Source: an uncultured Alphaproteobacteria bacterium (GTDB lineage Bacteria; Pseudomonadota; Alphaproteobacteria; Caulobacterales; Hyphomonadaceae). From it: 64,000 nt of DNA. Shown in pieces: positions 17,119-27,091 of this stretch (its first letter is position 1; each line of letters opens with the position of its first letter). The notes under the pieces were generated by a model. It had not been told where the DNA came from. It saw nothing but the letters and a program-made list of their open reading frames with translations, and searched no databases. The stretch covers positions 87,066-151,065 of the forward strand of contig CAVQYJ010000008.1 of assembly GCA_963718145.1 (NCBI GenBank), in the 5' to 3' direction. Made by a program: the position numbers and the translations under genes.

Positions 17119-18459
17119 ATGCCTCCGACGTTCGATCTGATCATCAAGGGCGGGACGGTCGCGACACCGGGCGGGCTTGGGCTGGCCGATGTCGCGGTGA
17201 GCGGCGGCAGGATCGTCGAGATCGGCGCGTTCGCCGAGACGCAGGCGCGCGACGTGGTGCATGCCGAGGGGCTGCATGTCCTGCCCGGCGTGATCGACAG
17301 CCAGGTGCATTTCCGCGAGCCGGGGCTGGAGTGGAAGGAGGATCTCGAGACCGGGTCGCGCTGCGCGGCGCTGGGCGGGGTTACCGCCGTGTTCGAGATG
17401 CCGAACACCGATCCCTCGACGACAAGCCCCGAGATGATGACCGACAAGCTGGCGCGCGCCAAAGGCCGGATGCACACCGACCACGCCTTCTATGCCGGGG
17501 CGACCCACGACAACACCGACCTCTTGCCCATCATGGAGAAGATGGCCGGGTGCTGTGGCGTCAAGGTGTTCATGGGCGCCTCCACCGGCCAGTTGCTGGT
17601 CGAGGATGATGAGGGCGTCGAGCGGGTGCTCAACGCCATTTCGCGGCGGGCGGCGTTCCATTCCGAAGACGAATACCGGCTGGCCGAGCGCCGCAAGCTG
17701 GCCGTGCAGGGCGACTGGACATCGCACCCGGTGGTGCGCGACGCCGAGGCGGCGATCTCCTCGACCCGGCGCCTGCTGCGCCTCGCACGCAAGACAGGCA
17801 AGCGCATCCATGTGCTGCATGTCACGACGGGCGAGGAAATGGCGATGCTCGCCGAGGCGAAGGATCTCGCCACCTGCGAGGTGACGCCGCAGCACCTGAC
17901 GCTGGCGGGGCCAGAGGATTATGTCCGCCTCAAGGGGTATGCGCAGATGAACCCGCCAATCCGCGATGCGCACCATCGCGCGGCCCTGTGGGCGGCGGTG
18001 AACCAGGGCATTCCGGACGTGCTGGGCTCCGATCACGCGCCGCATACGATTGAAGAGAAGTCGCGGCCTTACCCGGCCTCGCCCTCGGGCATGCCCGGCG
18101 TGCAGACGCTCGTGCCGGTGATGCTGACGCATGTGGTCGATGGCAAGATGAGCCTGGAGCGCTTCATCGAACTCACCAGCGCTGGACCGCAGCGGGTGTT
18201 CGGCATCGCGGGCAAGGGGCGGATTGCGAAGGGCTATGACGCAGACTTCACGCTGGTCGACATGAAGGCGCAGCGCACGATCACGCACGGCTGGTCGGCC
18301 TCGCGGTGTGGCTGGACGCCGTTCGACGGGATGGAAGCCAAGGCGTGGCCGATGGCGACCATCGTGCGCGGTGTGACCGTGATGATCGAGGGCCAGCTGG
18401 TCGCGCCTGGGCTGGGCGAGCCGGTGCGGTTCACCGAGACGCTTCCCCACGTGGCATGA
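17119..18459 (+). CDS. pyrC: dihydroorotase (cyclic amidohydrolase superfamily)
   Basis: 446 aa with 'FDLIIKGGTVATP', 'VLPGVIDSQVHFREPG', 'GGVTAVFEMPNT' and 'GSDHAPH'. Start at 'MPPTFDL'. Confidence 0.8.
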   Translation: MPPTFDLIIKGGTVATPGGLGLADVAVSGGRIVEIGAFAETQARDVVHAEGLHVLPGVIDSQVHFREPGLEWKEDLETGSRCAALGGVTAVFEMPNTDPSTTSPEMMTDKLARAKGRMHTDHAFYAGATHDNTDLLPIMEKMAGCCGVKVFMGASTGQLLVEDDEGVERVLNAISRRAAFHSEDEYRLAERRKLAVQGDWTSHPVVRDAEAAISSTRRLLRLARKTGKRIHVLHVTTGEEMAMLAEAKDLATCEVTPQHLTLAGPEDYVRLKGYAQMNPPIRDAHHRAALWAAVNQGIPDVLGSDHAPHTIEEKSRPYPASPSGMPGVQTLVPVMLTHVVDGKMSLERFIELTSAGPQRVFGIAGKGRIAKGYDADFTLVDMKAQRTITHGWSASRCGWTPFDGMEAKAWPMATIVRGVTVMIEGQLVAPGLGEPVRFTETLPHVA

Positions 18460-18469
18460 CCGGGCGCTG

Positions 18470-19270
18470 ATGGTCGAGCATCGCAAGGGTCTCAACCGCA
18501 CGCTGTTCTGGCTCTATTCGGGCCATGGCAAATGGCCATCGGTCTTCCGCTGGTCGATGCTGGCGTTCGACCTCGCCACCATCGCCCTGTTCCTCGTCCA
18601 CCCGCTGCTGAGCTGGCATGACGGCGTGCCGGAATCGATCGGCGTGTGGCTCTACATCGACATTCTCGTAGCGGCCATCATCACATTCGATTTCCTCGCA
18701 CGGCTCTATATCGAGCGCGACAAGGTCCGGTTCTTTCTCAATGTGATCAACCTCGCCGACCTTGCCGTGGTCGCGACGCTGGTCGTGCCGCTGTTCGCTC
18801 AGAACCTGGTGTTCCTGCGCGTGCTGCGCGTCATCCGGCTGGTGCATGCGTATGATTATCTCGACAGCCAGCACGGCCTGTCGAAATGGCTGAAGATCAA
18901 CTCGTTCGTGCTGTCGAAGATCGTCAACCTGATCGTGTTCGTCTTCATGCTGACGGCGCTGGTCTACGTCAACCAGGTGAACGAGAACGACAAGATCGAG
19001 AGCTATCTCGATGCGCTCTACTTCACCATCGGCACGCTGACGACGGTGGGCCTGGGCGACATCACGCTGGAGGGAACGTATGGGCGCTGGATCACCATTG
19101 CGATGATGGTGCTGGGCGTGACGCTGTTCCTGCAGCTCATCCGCGCCGTGGCGATCGGCAACAAGTCGCACCGGGCCTGCCCGGCCTGCGAGCTGGCGAC
19201 ACACGATGAGGACGCGGCGCACTGCAAGCGATGCGGGGCGAACCTGTTCGCGGAGCGAGATGCAGCCTAG
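18470..19270 (+). CDS. ion-transport/K+-channel family protein with C-terminal CxxC...CxxC zinc-ribbon
   Basis: S4-like 'LRVLRVIRLVHAY', pore 'YFTIGTLTTVGLGDITL', and tail 'CPACELATHDEDAAHCKRCGANLF'. Confidence 0.75.
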   Translation: MVEHRKGLNRTLFWLYSGHGKWPSVFRWSMLAFDLATIALFLVHPLLSWHDGVPESIGVWLYIDILVAAIITFDFLARLYIERDKVRFFLNVINLADLAVVATLVVPLFAQNLVFLRVLRVIRLVHAYDYLDSQHGLSKWLKINSFVLSKIVNLIVFVFMLTALVYVNQVNENDKIESYLDALYFTIGTLTTVGLGDITLEGTYGRWITIAMMVLGVTLFLQLIRAVAIGNKSHRACPACELATHDEDAAHCKRCGANLFAERDAA

Positions 19271-20265
19271 AGCCGCGACTTGAGCCATTCCGCCGTGAGC
19301 TTCGCAGCCTCGCTCCTTTGCGCGGCGTTCAGCGTGTGGCCGGCCCTGGCGATGACTTTCGTGTCCGTCGGGCCTTTCAGCTCTTTCGCGGCGGGGCGGG
19401 CGTTGGTGTTGTTGTCGAGGAACTCGTCGGCCTCGGCGATGATGAAGCGCACTGCGGTGGTCTGCGGGATGGCGTCGAGGCGCCAGTAGGGTTTGTACTC
19501 GTTCGCCATCAGGCGGTTTTCCTGCTCGTTGCGGGCCTTCGCCGCTGCGGCCGTTTTCGGCGGCGCGCCTTCACGGGCGAGCTTGATCATGTCGGCCTGC
19601 GTGGCTGCATCTGGCGCGAAGGAGAGTTCCTTCTCGCCCTGTCCGGGAATGTCCGGCGTGATGGCGACGCCGGCCTTGGCGCGCGTGTCCATCGCAAGGA
19701 CCGATATCACATGCCCGCCGCCCAGGCCGATGCCGGCGACGCCGATCCTCGCGCGGTCGACGCCGGGCAGCGATTGCAGATAGGTGATGGCGTTGCGCAG
19801 GTCCTGTACCTGGTGGTCGGGATCGATACGGCCGCGCCGGAAGACGATCTCCGGCGTCTGGTCGCTGAAGCGCATCTTGTCATAGGTGTCGACGCGCTCA
19901 CCGAGATAGAGTTGCGCGCCGGACCGGCCCCAGCCGCGATAGTCGACGCTCAGGGCGATGACGCCCTGGCTTGCGAGTTCGGCCGCGTAAGCGTCGAGCG
20001 ATTGCGCGGTCTCACCATAGCCTGGAGCCAGCACGACAGCCGGCGCTCGTGCGGCGTTGGCAGGCATGAACAGGCGGCCGGAGAGTTTCACCTGTTCCGA
20101 ATACCAGTTGGCTTCCGACAGGGTGACGCCGGCAGGCAAGGCTGCGGCAGGTGCGATGGGGCCGGCAGGAGCTGCGGTCGGCGCGTTGGGCGACGGCGCC
20201 GACGAGCACGCGGCGAGCGCGAGCCCGGCGAGGGCAAGGGCGACGGGACGTTTCATGCGCATCAC
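19267..20265 (-). CDS. secreted alpha/beta-hydrolase-fold lipoprotein; nucleophile position appears to be Gly
   Basis: Lipobox 'LALAGLALAAC'. Paralogous to the next gene. The nucleophile elbow reads 'RIGVAGIGLGGG' rather than G-x-S-x-G. Confidence 0.65.
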   Translation of the reverse strand: MMRMKRPVALALAGLALAACSSAPSPNAPTAAPAGPIAPAAALPAGVTLSEANWYSEQVKLSGRLFMPANAARAPAVVLAPGYGETAQSLDAYAAELASQGVIALSVDYRGWGRSGAQLYLGERVDTYDKMRFSDQTPEIVFRRGRIDPDHQVQDLRNAITYLQSLPGVDRARIGVAGIGLGGGHVISVLAMDTRAKAGVAITPDIPGQGEKELSFAPDAATQADMIKLAREGAPPKTAAAAKARNEQENRLMANEYKPYWRLDAIPQTTAVRFIIAEADEFLDNNTNARPAAKELKGPTDTKVIARAGHTLNAAQRSEAAKLTAEWLKSRL

Positions 20266-20266
20266 T

Positions 20267-21511
20267 CTACGTCTTGCCGCCGAGGAATTTCGTGAACCAG
20301 TCGGCGGCGAGGGTCGAGCCGACTTCGAAGCCTGTGCCTGAATAGGGCTGGAAATGGGTAAGACCCGGGAAGGTGATGACCTGGGATGTCACGCCGTGCT
20401 CGGTGAGGAAGGCCGAGCCGGAAAGCGCCGACCGGTTGCCGCCGATGAGTTCGTCTTTTTCGGCCGGCAGGAACAACACATGCTCGGTCGGGCGCGTGCG
20501 CTCCAGCATGGCGGCCGACTGGATGTCGCGGCTGCGCGAGCGGTACCACGTATCGACATTGGTCTGGAAGGAGAAGCCGGCTTCGGTTTCAGAGCCTTGG
20601 CCCGTTTTCACGCGGACAATCGCGTCTTCGAGGGCGGGTCCTGAAAGATCGTAGGCGCGCAGCGGTCCGGGTTGCTGGCCCATCACATGGATGACGGTCG
20701 CCTTGAGCCGTCCGTCGACGCCGATCAGGGCGGATGAGACCGTGCCGCCATTGGAGGACGACCACGAGCCGATGCGCTCCGGATCGACGCCGGGCTCGCC
20801 CTGCATGTAGGAGATCGCAGCGCGGAAGGCTTTCAGCTCTTCGACATTGTTGAGGTTGGTGCGCTTGATGCGCACCGGCGCCTTCTTCACGGAGACAGGG
20901 CTGGCGTCTGTGGTCGTGTCGGGCGCTAGCAGCAGGAGTTCGTCGGCGCCGGAATCGGAGAAGCCATAGCTCTGGTAGTCGAACGCCATGGCGACCATGC
21001 CGCGCGCGGCGAAGCTGGCGGCGTATTTCTCGATGCCGATGGCCAGCGCGTTGATGCCGTGGGCGACGACGATGCCCGGATAGCTCGCCCTGGGGTCGAA
21101 ATTGGCAGGGTAGAATATCTTGCCCTGCAGCCGCGTGCCGCCGTCGACATAGAAGCTGGCCTGTCGTGTGGTGACGCCAGGGGCGAGCACATAGGTCCAG
21201 TCCTCGGGCACGGTGGCGGAGCGTTTCCACTTCGGATCCGTCGCCTGCGCCTGCAGGGCCGCGGCCTTCTCGGCGAGGATGGCGTCGGAGATGTGCCGGG
21301 GTCCGGTGTACTCTCCGGAGGTGACCGCGCGTGGCGCTGTGGGGGCGGTGGTGGTGGGTGGCGTGGTGGGGGTTGTGGGCGCGGTTGCGGCGGGGCGCGT
21401 GTCAGGCGCCTGCGCTGCGGGTGTCTGTGCGGTGGCGGGCGCGCATGCGATCGCGCAGATGGCGCCGAGCGCGGCGAGTGTGGCGCGCGTGCGCGCGCAG
21501 AACGGTGTCAT
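20267..21511 (-). CDS. secreted alpha/beta hydrolase with Thr/Pro-rich linker
   Basis: Start at 'MTPFCARTRATLAALGAICAIACAPATA' within ORF 20267..21775. Linker 'ATAPTTPTTPPTTTAPTAP'. Nucleophile elbow 'RIGSWSSSNGG'. Confidence 0.7.
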   Translation of the reverse strand: MTPFCARTRATLAALGAICAIACAPATAQTPAAQAPDTRPAATAPTTPTTPPTTTAPTAPRAVTSGEYTGPRHISDAILAEKAAALQAQATDPKWKRSATVPEDWTYVLAPGVTTRQASFYVDGGTRLQGKIFYPANFDPRASYPGIVVAHGINALAIGIEKYAASFAARGMVAMAFDYQSYGFSDSGADELLLLAPDTTTDASPVSVKKAPVRIKRTNLNNVEELKAFRAAISYMQGEPGVDPERIGSWSSSNGGTVSSALIGVDGRLKATVIHVMGQQPGPLRAYDLSGPALEDAIVRVKTGQGSETEAGFSFQTNVDTWYRSRSRDIQSAAMLERTRPTEHVLFLPAEKDELIGGNRSALSGSAFLTEHGVTSQVITFPGLTHFQPYSGTGFEVGSTLAADWFTKFLGGKT

Positions 21512-21986
21512 CTCTCTCTCCCTCGCGCGCCTGGACCTGCCGCCGTCAGGCGGGGCCGGGACTGCATTTCGCGAGGTCACCCTAGGCGGCGGCGTGATCG
21601 TCCTCAAGCCGCGCCGGACGGTTTTGCGCGGGGCGGGAGCGCTGCGCCTGCGATCATCGATTCGTGATCGATGGTTCGGACGGATGGCGGGTCGGCGCTC
21701 CGTTGAAGGTTGGTCAGGGAAAGCGGGCAGGGCTGACCGCACTGCCGCTTCGACGGGAACCGGCCGCCTCCCCAAGGGCCCGGAACCCTACCTTACGCGC
21801 GCGGAGAGAAATGACATCTCCAGTCCCCCGACGCGCGCCGAACAGCCGGCTCCCGCATGTCGGGGCCGGCTTTTTCTTTTCCCGAACAGCGGAATGACGC
21901 CTCGGTATCGCATTTGATTGTCGGGCGTTCGTGGCCCGGCTAGGAGTCCTCGGCTTCCTTCCGATCCTGCACCTGAGACCCACGCG

Positions 21987-23114
21987 ATGCTGGCGACATT
22001 CGAGGATTATCGCCAGGCGGCGAGACGGAAACTGCCGCGCCTGATGTTCGACTATGTCGATGGCGGCTCCTACGCCGAGCGGACGCTGGCGGCGAATGTC
22101 GAGGATCTTGCGCGTATCGCGTTGCGCCAGCGCGTGCTGCGGGATGTGTCCACGCTGAAGACCGAGGTCGATGTCTTCGGGCAGAGACTCGCCATGCCAG
22201 TCGTCCTGGCGCCTGTGGGCATGGCGGGGATGCTGGCGCGGCGGGGAGAAGTGCAGGCGGCGCGCGCGGCAAAGGCAGCGGGGCTGCCGTTCTGCCTGTC
22301 GACGCTGTCGATCTGCGGACTGGACGAAGTGGCGAGGGTCGCGCCGCCCTGGTTCCAGCTCTACGTGCTGAAGGATCGCGGCTACATGGGCGAGCTGCTG
22401 GCGCAGGCGAAGCGACTGGGCTCGCCGGTGCTGGTGTTCACCGTAGACCTGCCCGTTCCCGGAGCGCGCTATCGCGATGTGCGGTCGGGCCTCTTTGGCG
22501 GTTCGAGCGGCCTGAAGCGGATGATGGACGGGGCGACACATCCGGGATGGCTGTGGGATGTGTGGCTGGGCGGGCGCCCGCACAGCTTTGCCAATGCGGC
22601 GCCGGCGGTGGGCAAGGGCGCGGGGTTCGCGGACTTCTGGGTCTGGGTGCGGAAGAATTTCGATCCCACACTGACCTGGGACGATCTCGCATGGATTCGC
22701 GAAGCCTGGAGCGGGCCAATCGTCATCAAGGGCGTGCTCGACGCGGAAGATGCGCGGCAGGCGGCGCAACTCGGCGTTGACGGGATCATCGTCTCGAACC
22801 ATGGCGGGCGACAGCTCGACGGCGCGCCGTCCAGCATCCGGGCGCTGCCCGCCGTGGTAGAGGCGGTGGATGGGCGCGCAACGGTTCTCATGGATGGCGG
22901 CATCCGGTCCGGGCTGGACGTCCTGAAGGCGGTTTCGCTGGGCGCCAAGGCGTGCCTCATCGGCCGGCCTTGGGCTTTTGCGCTAGCGGCGCAAGGCGAG
23001 GCCGGCGTGGCCGCGATGCTGGCGACGATGCGCGACGAACTGCGCACGGCGATGGCCCTGACCGGCTGCACAGACATTGCGGAGGCGGGGCGCGGGTTGC
23101 TGTTCACGGGCTAG
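21987..23114 (+). CDS. lldD: FMN-dependent alpha-hydroxy-acid dehydrogenase (L-lactate dehydrogenase-like)
   Basis: 'FEDYRQAARRKLPRLMFDYVDGGSYAERTLAANVEDL', 'IVIKGVLDAEDA', 'GVDGIIVSNHGGRQLDG' and 'DGGIRSGLDVLKAVSLGA'. Confidence 0.85.
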   Translation: MLATFEDYRQAARRKLPRLMFDYVDGGSYAERTLAANVEDLARIALRQRVLRDVSTLKTEVDVFGQRLAMPVVLAPVGMAGMLARRGEVQAARAAKAAGLPFCLSTLSICGLDEVARVAPPWFQLYVLKDRGYMGELLAQAKRLGSPVLVFTVDLPVPGARYRDVRSGLFGGSSGLKRMMDGATHPGWLWDVWLGGRPHSFANAAPAVGKGAGFADFWVWVRKNFDPTLTWDDLAWIREAWSGPIVIKGVLDAEDARQAAQLGVDGIIVSNHGGRQLDGAPSSIRALPAVVEAVDGRATVLMDGGIRSGLDVLKAVSLGAKACLIGRPWAFALAAQGEAGVAAMLATMRDELRTAMALTGCTDIAEAGRGLLFTG

Positions 23115-23163
23115 CAGTGCCAGTGTCGGCGGACAGGGTCTGACCCGAATGCGGAGGACGGCC

Positions 23164-24729
23164 ATGGCGGTCCCAACAGAGATGACCGGCGCCGAGGCGA
23201 TCATCGGATCGCTGGCGGACAGCGGCGTGACAGCGTGCTTCGCCAATCCCGGCACCAGCGAGATGCATCTGGTGACGGCGCTGGATCGCGAGCCGCGGAT
23301 CCGGTCGGTGCTGTGCCTCTTTGAAGGCGTCGCGACCGGGGCGGCGGACGGGTTCGCCCGGATGGCGGGAGTTCCGGCGCTGACGTTGCTGCACCTCGGG
23401 CCTGGCTATCTCAATGGCGGCGCCAACATCCACAATGCGCGGCGGGCCTATTCGCCTGTCGTCAACCTCATTGGTGATCACGCCGTGACGCACCGCGCAC
23501 TGGATGCGCCGCTGGCGTCGGACATCGCCGGGATGGCGAGGCCGAACTCCCGCTGGCTGAAATCGGTTGACCATGTGGAGGATGCCGGCGCCCTGGCGGC
23601 CGAGGCGTTCGCGGCGAGCTATGGCCCGCCGCCAGGACCGGTTTCGCTGATCATGCCGGCGGACACCGCATGGACCAGGGGCGCGACACTGGCGCCGACG
23701 GCCGCGCGCGCCGGCTTGAAGGCGCCGGACGCGGCTGTGGTCGATGCGGCAGCGAAGGCAATCCGGACAGCAAAGCATCCGACGCTGCTGGTCAATGGCA
23801 CGGCGCTGCATCCAGGCGGCGTCGCCATTCTTGCGCGATTGCAGGCGGCAGGGGTCAACGTGCTGACCGACACGTTCATGGCGCGGCATGTGCGCGGCGG
23901 CGGGAGCTTTGCCGCGGCGCGATTGCCCTACTTCGCGGAAATGGCGGTCGACACGCTGGCCGGAACCGACCTGCTGCTGCTGGCGGGCGCGAAGCCGCCG
24001 GTGGCGTTCTTCGCTTATCCCGACACGCCGGGCGTGTTCACGCCGGCGGGCGCGACAACCATCAATCTCGGCGGCCCGGAGACCGACAGTCAGGCGGCAC
24101 TGGCGATGCTGGCGGACGCGATGGGCGCAAGGGCGGTGACAGATGCGCCGTGGATGCGGGCGGAGGCGCCGACGGACGGCGCGTTCAATCCGCACACGAT
24201 CGGTCTCGCGCTGGCGGCGCACCTCCCGGAGGGCGCGCTGATCTCGGATGATGGCGTGACGGCGGGGCTGCCGATCTACCAGGCGCTGGCGAGCGCGGCG
24301 CGCCACGAATGGCTGGGGCATACGGGAGGCGCGATTGGGCAGGGCATGCCGGTGGCGGTGGGCGCAGCGGTGGCGCGGCCAGACGTCAAGACGCTGTGTC
24401 TCTCGGGCGACGGCGCGGGCATGTACACGGTGCAGTCGCTGTGGACGATGGCGCGCGAGAGGCTGGATATCCTCACCATCGTGTTCGTGAACAATGCCTA
24501 TCGCATCCTCAGGATCGAGCTGGCGCGCACAGGTGCGGGCAATCCCGGCCCGGCCGCGAACGGCATGCTGAGCCTGGGCGATCCCGAGATCGACTGGGTC
24601 AAGCTGGCCGAAGGCATGGGCGTAGGCGCAGAGGCGTGCTCGACCCTGCCGCAATTCAATGATGCGCTGGCGCGAGCCATGGCGATGCGCGGGCCGCGGC
24701 TGATCGCGTGCCTCATTCCCGCGAGCTGA
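23164..24729 (+). CDS. thiamine-diphosphate-binding enzyme (acetolactate synthase large-subunit-like)
   Basis: 'GAEAIIGSLADSGVTACFANPGTSEMHLVTAL', 'GVATGAADGFARMAG', and the TPP motif 'LSGDGAGMYTVQSLWTMARERLDILTIVFVNNAY'. An alternative ATG is at 23149. Confidence 0.8.
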   Translation: MAVPTEMTGAEAIIGSLADSGVTACFANPGTSEMHLVTALDREPRIRSVLCLFEGVATGAADGFARMAGVPALTLLHLGPGYLNGGANIHNARRAYSPVVNLIGDHAVTHRALDAPLASDIAGMARPNSRWLKSVDHVEDAGALAAEAFAASYGPPPGPVSLIMPADTAWTRGATLAPTAARAGLKAPDAAVVDAAAKAIRTAKHPTLLVNGTALHPGGVAILARLQAAGVNVLTDTFMARHVRGGGSFAAARLPYFAEMAVDTLAGTDLLLLAGAKPPVAFFAYPDTPGVFTPAGATTINLGGPETDSQAALAMLADAMGARAVTDAPWMRAEAPTDGAFNPHTIGLALAAHLPEGALISDDGVTAGLPIYQALASAARHEWLGHTGGAIGQGMPVAVGAAVARPDVKTLCLSGDGAGMYTVQSLWTMARERLDILTIVFVNNAYRILRIELARTGAGNPGPAANGMLSLGDPEIDWVKLAEGMGVGAEACSTLPQFNDALARAMAMRGPRLIACLIPAS

Positions 24730-26793
24730 TCAGTCGTCGTTCGCGACCTGCCGGCGCTCGATCATGAAGGGTGCGATGGCCTGCGCCAGTTCGCGCACAT
24801 TTATGGGCTTGCCGGCGATGCCGTCGAAGCCGGCGGCGGCATAGTCGGCGATGTCTTCCGCCGCGAGCTTGGCAGTGAGCGCGATGGCGGGCGTCGCCTG
24901 GTTCGGGCATTCCGCATCTCCGCGGATCCGGCGCAGCGTTTCAAGGCCGTCCATGTCGGGCATCACGATGTCCATCAGGATGACATCGAAGGTCCGGACA
25001 TGGCACAGGTCGATCGCCTCGGGCCCCGAGGCGCAGTCCGTGACCTCGACGCCGAATTTCGCCAGCAGCAGATTGGCGATGCGGCGGTTGTTGTCGTTGT
25101 CGTCGACGCACAGCACGCGCTTGCTGGCCCAGATGGGGTCCGCGCCCGGGATGGCGCCGGAATCGACGTCGGTTGACCGATCGGCGGCAAGCGAAAGGTG
25201 GAAATGCGAGCCGTCGCGCCGCGCAGGTTCGAGCGTGAGGTCGCCGCCCATCAGCCGCGCAAGGCGACGGGAGATGAACAGGCCGAGCCCAGTGCCGCCG
25301 CGGCCGGCATTGGTGGGCGCCTGCTCGAATGGCGCAAAGATCGTCTCGGCGACGGCGTCGGGGATGCCGGGGCCAGTGTCGGCCACGCTGATCAGCACCG
25401 CGACGCGGCCGTCCCTGCCTTGGCGCGTGGAGAGCGTGGCGGTGACGCCGCCCGTGTCGGTGAACTTGATGGCGTTGGACAGGAGGTTGCCGATGATCTG
25501 CCGCAAGCGGCCGGCGTCGACCATGATCTGGCCGGCCTGCGCGTGGCTGCAATCGACCTTGAGGGACAGGCCCTTCGATGTGGCCTGCGGACGCCAGAAG
25601 TCGATCGTGCGCGTCAGCAACGAGGTGAGGTCGGTCGGGGAAAGGGAGATTTCGAGCTTGCCTGCCTCGATCTTGGAGACGTCGAGCAAGTCGTTGACGA
25701 TCGTGAGCAGACCGCGCCCAGCGTCGTCGATCAGCGAGACGAGTTCGGCCGTGTCCTTGTCATGGCCGCCGCGCTTCAGCACTTCTACGGAGCCGAGGAT
25801 GGCGTTGAGGGGCGTGCGCACCTCATGGCTCATCACGGCGATGAAGTCGGACTTCGCCTTGTTGGCCTCGCGGGCCTTGTCGCGGCCGGCGCGCAGGGCG
25901 TCCTCTGCCGCCTTGATGAAGTTGATGTCCTGCAGCGAGCCCGAGATCCGGGTCGTGCCGTCGTCATTGCTCGAATAGCGCGCGCGCGCCGAGAACCAGC
26001 GATAGCCGCGCGTCTTGGTCTTGAGACGGAAATCCACCCGCAGACGGGAAAGGCGCTTCCGGCCAAGCGCGAAGGCGTCGCGCAACTGGGCGACATCTTC
26101 CGGGTGCACGAAGTCATCGACACGGCTGAAGATGTCGTTGAACTCGTCGGCGGTGTAGCCGGTGATGCTGTTGAAGCTGTCGGAGAGGTGAAACCGGCGC
26201 AGGTCGGCGTCGGGCACGTCCCACAGTCCAACCCTGGCGGCTTCGAGGGCGCCCCGGCTGCGCTCCGTGTTCTCCACGACAATCGCGTTGGCTTCCTTCA
26301 GCTTGCCGAGGGCGTAGTCGCGCGCGAGGTTGGATATCCACGCGATGCCGCCGAGGGCTATGGCCGACAGCAGCGTCGCAAGCATCGTCATCATGGAGCG
26401 GTTCTGCGGCGTATAGGTCGTCGGAATGCCGATGGCGCCCGAGGCGGTCAGGAAGCCGAACGCGACAACGGCGATGCCAAGCGCCAGCGCCATGCGGCGC
26501 ATATTGCCTTCGAGATAGAGCGCCGAGACGCCCGCGATCGCCGGCAGGGACGCCATGATCGGCGCAAGGATGCCAGAGTGGCGGAACGAGAGGATGGCAG
26601 TCGCGGCGAGGAAGGCGAGCACCATCCACGTCATCACGGCGCGCGGGTCGCGGCGACGGCGGATCTGCACGAAGCCGTAGAAGCACCCCGCAGCGCTCGC
26701 CGCGGCGATGACGTGCGCTTCGATGTGTTGTGGGTTCAGCGCGAGGACGCCAAAGAAGCTGGCCGTCCAGCCAATCGCCCCGGCGAGGCACAT
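24730..26793 (-). CDS. hybrid sensor histidine kinase/response regulator (membrane domain, PAS, HisKA, HATPase, REC)
   Basis: H-box 'SDFIAVMSHEVRTPLNAILG', 'NLLSNAIKFT', 'DTGPGI', 'GGTGLGLFISRRLARLMGG', and REC 'VLCVDDNDNNRRI...DVILMDIVMPDMDG...ALTA'. Confidence 0.88.
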   Translation of the reverse strand: MCLAGAIGWTASFFGVLALNPQHIEAHVIAAASAAGCFYGFVQIRRRRDPRAVMTWMVLAFLAATAILSFRHSGILAPIMASLPAIAGVSALYLEGNMRRMALALGIAVVAFGFLTASGAIGIPTTYTPQNRSMMTMLATLLSAIALGGIAWISNLARDYALGKLKEANAIVVENTERSRGALEAARVGLWDVPDADLRRFHLSDSFNSITGYTADEFNDIFSRVDDFVHPEDVAQLRDAFALGRKRLSRLRVDFRLKTKTRGYRWFSARARYSSNDDGTTRISGSLQDINFIKAAEDALRAGRDKAREANKAKSDFIAVMSHEVRTPLNAILGSVEVLKRGGHDKDTAELVSLIDDAGRGLLTIVNDLLDVSKIEAGKLEISLSPTDLTSLLTRTIDFWRPQATSKGLSLKVDCSHAQAGQIMVDAGRLRQIIGNLLSNAIKFTDTGGVTATLSTRQGRDGRVAVLISVADTGPGIPDAVAETIFAPFEQAPTNAGRGGTGLGLFISRRLARLMGGDLTLEPARRDGSHFHLSLAADRSTDVDSGAIPGADPIWASKRVLCVDDNDNNRRIANLLLAKFGVEVTDCASGPEAIDLCHVRTFDVILMDIVMPDMDGLETLRRIRGDAECPNQATPAIALTAKLAAEDIADYAAAGFDGIAGKPINVRELAQAIAPFMIERRQVANDD

Positions 26794-27091
26794 ATAGCCG
26801 GCGGCGACCTGCGTGGTAGCGTCGGCCGCGTCGCCGAATTCATCGACGTCGGAGAAATACTGCCGGCGCAGCCGGCCCGAGAAGAATGCGGCAACGACTG
26901 CCCAGGCGCTGCCGAATGACCTTGCCGGAGGGCGAGGGGGCGGAGCGGCATTGGGCTGCGTTATGGCAGGCTGGAGCGAGATAGCCGGGTATCTCCAGGG
27001 CGAAGGTGGCCAATGTCGGGAAATGTCCTAGCGATTTCCTCGTGGCGCGTCGCACGATCTTGGCGGCAAATCACGGATCCCGGACGCGTTT

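Noticed and set aside
17017-18501. 494-aa minus-strand ORF opposite the dihydroorotase gene
   Set aside because: It has the same shadow-ORF signature (Arg/Pro/His-rich). The plus-strand frame carries the amidohydrolase motifs.
23104-24654. 516-aa minus-strand ORF opposite the TPP enzyme gene
   Set aside because: It is a shadow ORF; the TPP-binding motifs are in the plus frame.
25198-26919. 573-aa plus-strand ORF opposite the hybrid histidine kinase
   Set aside because: It is a shadow ORF; the H-box, HATPase and REC motifs are all on the minus strand.
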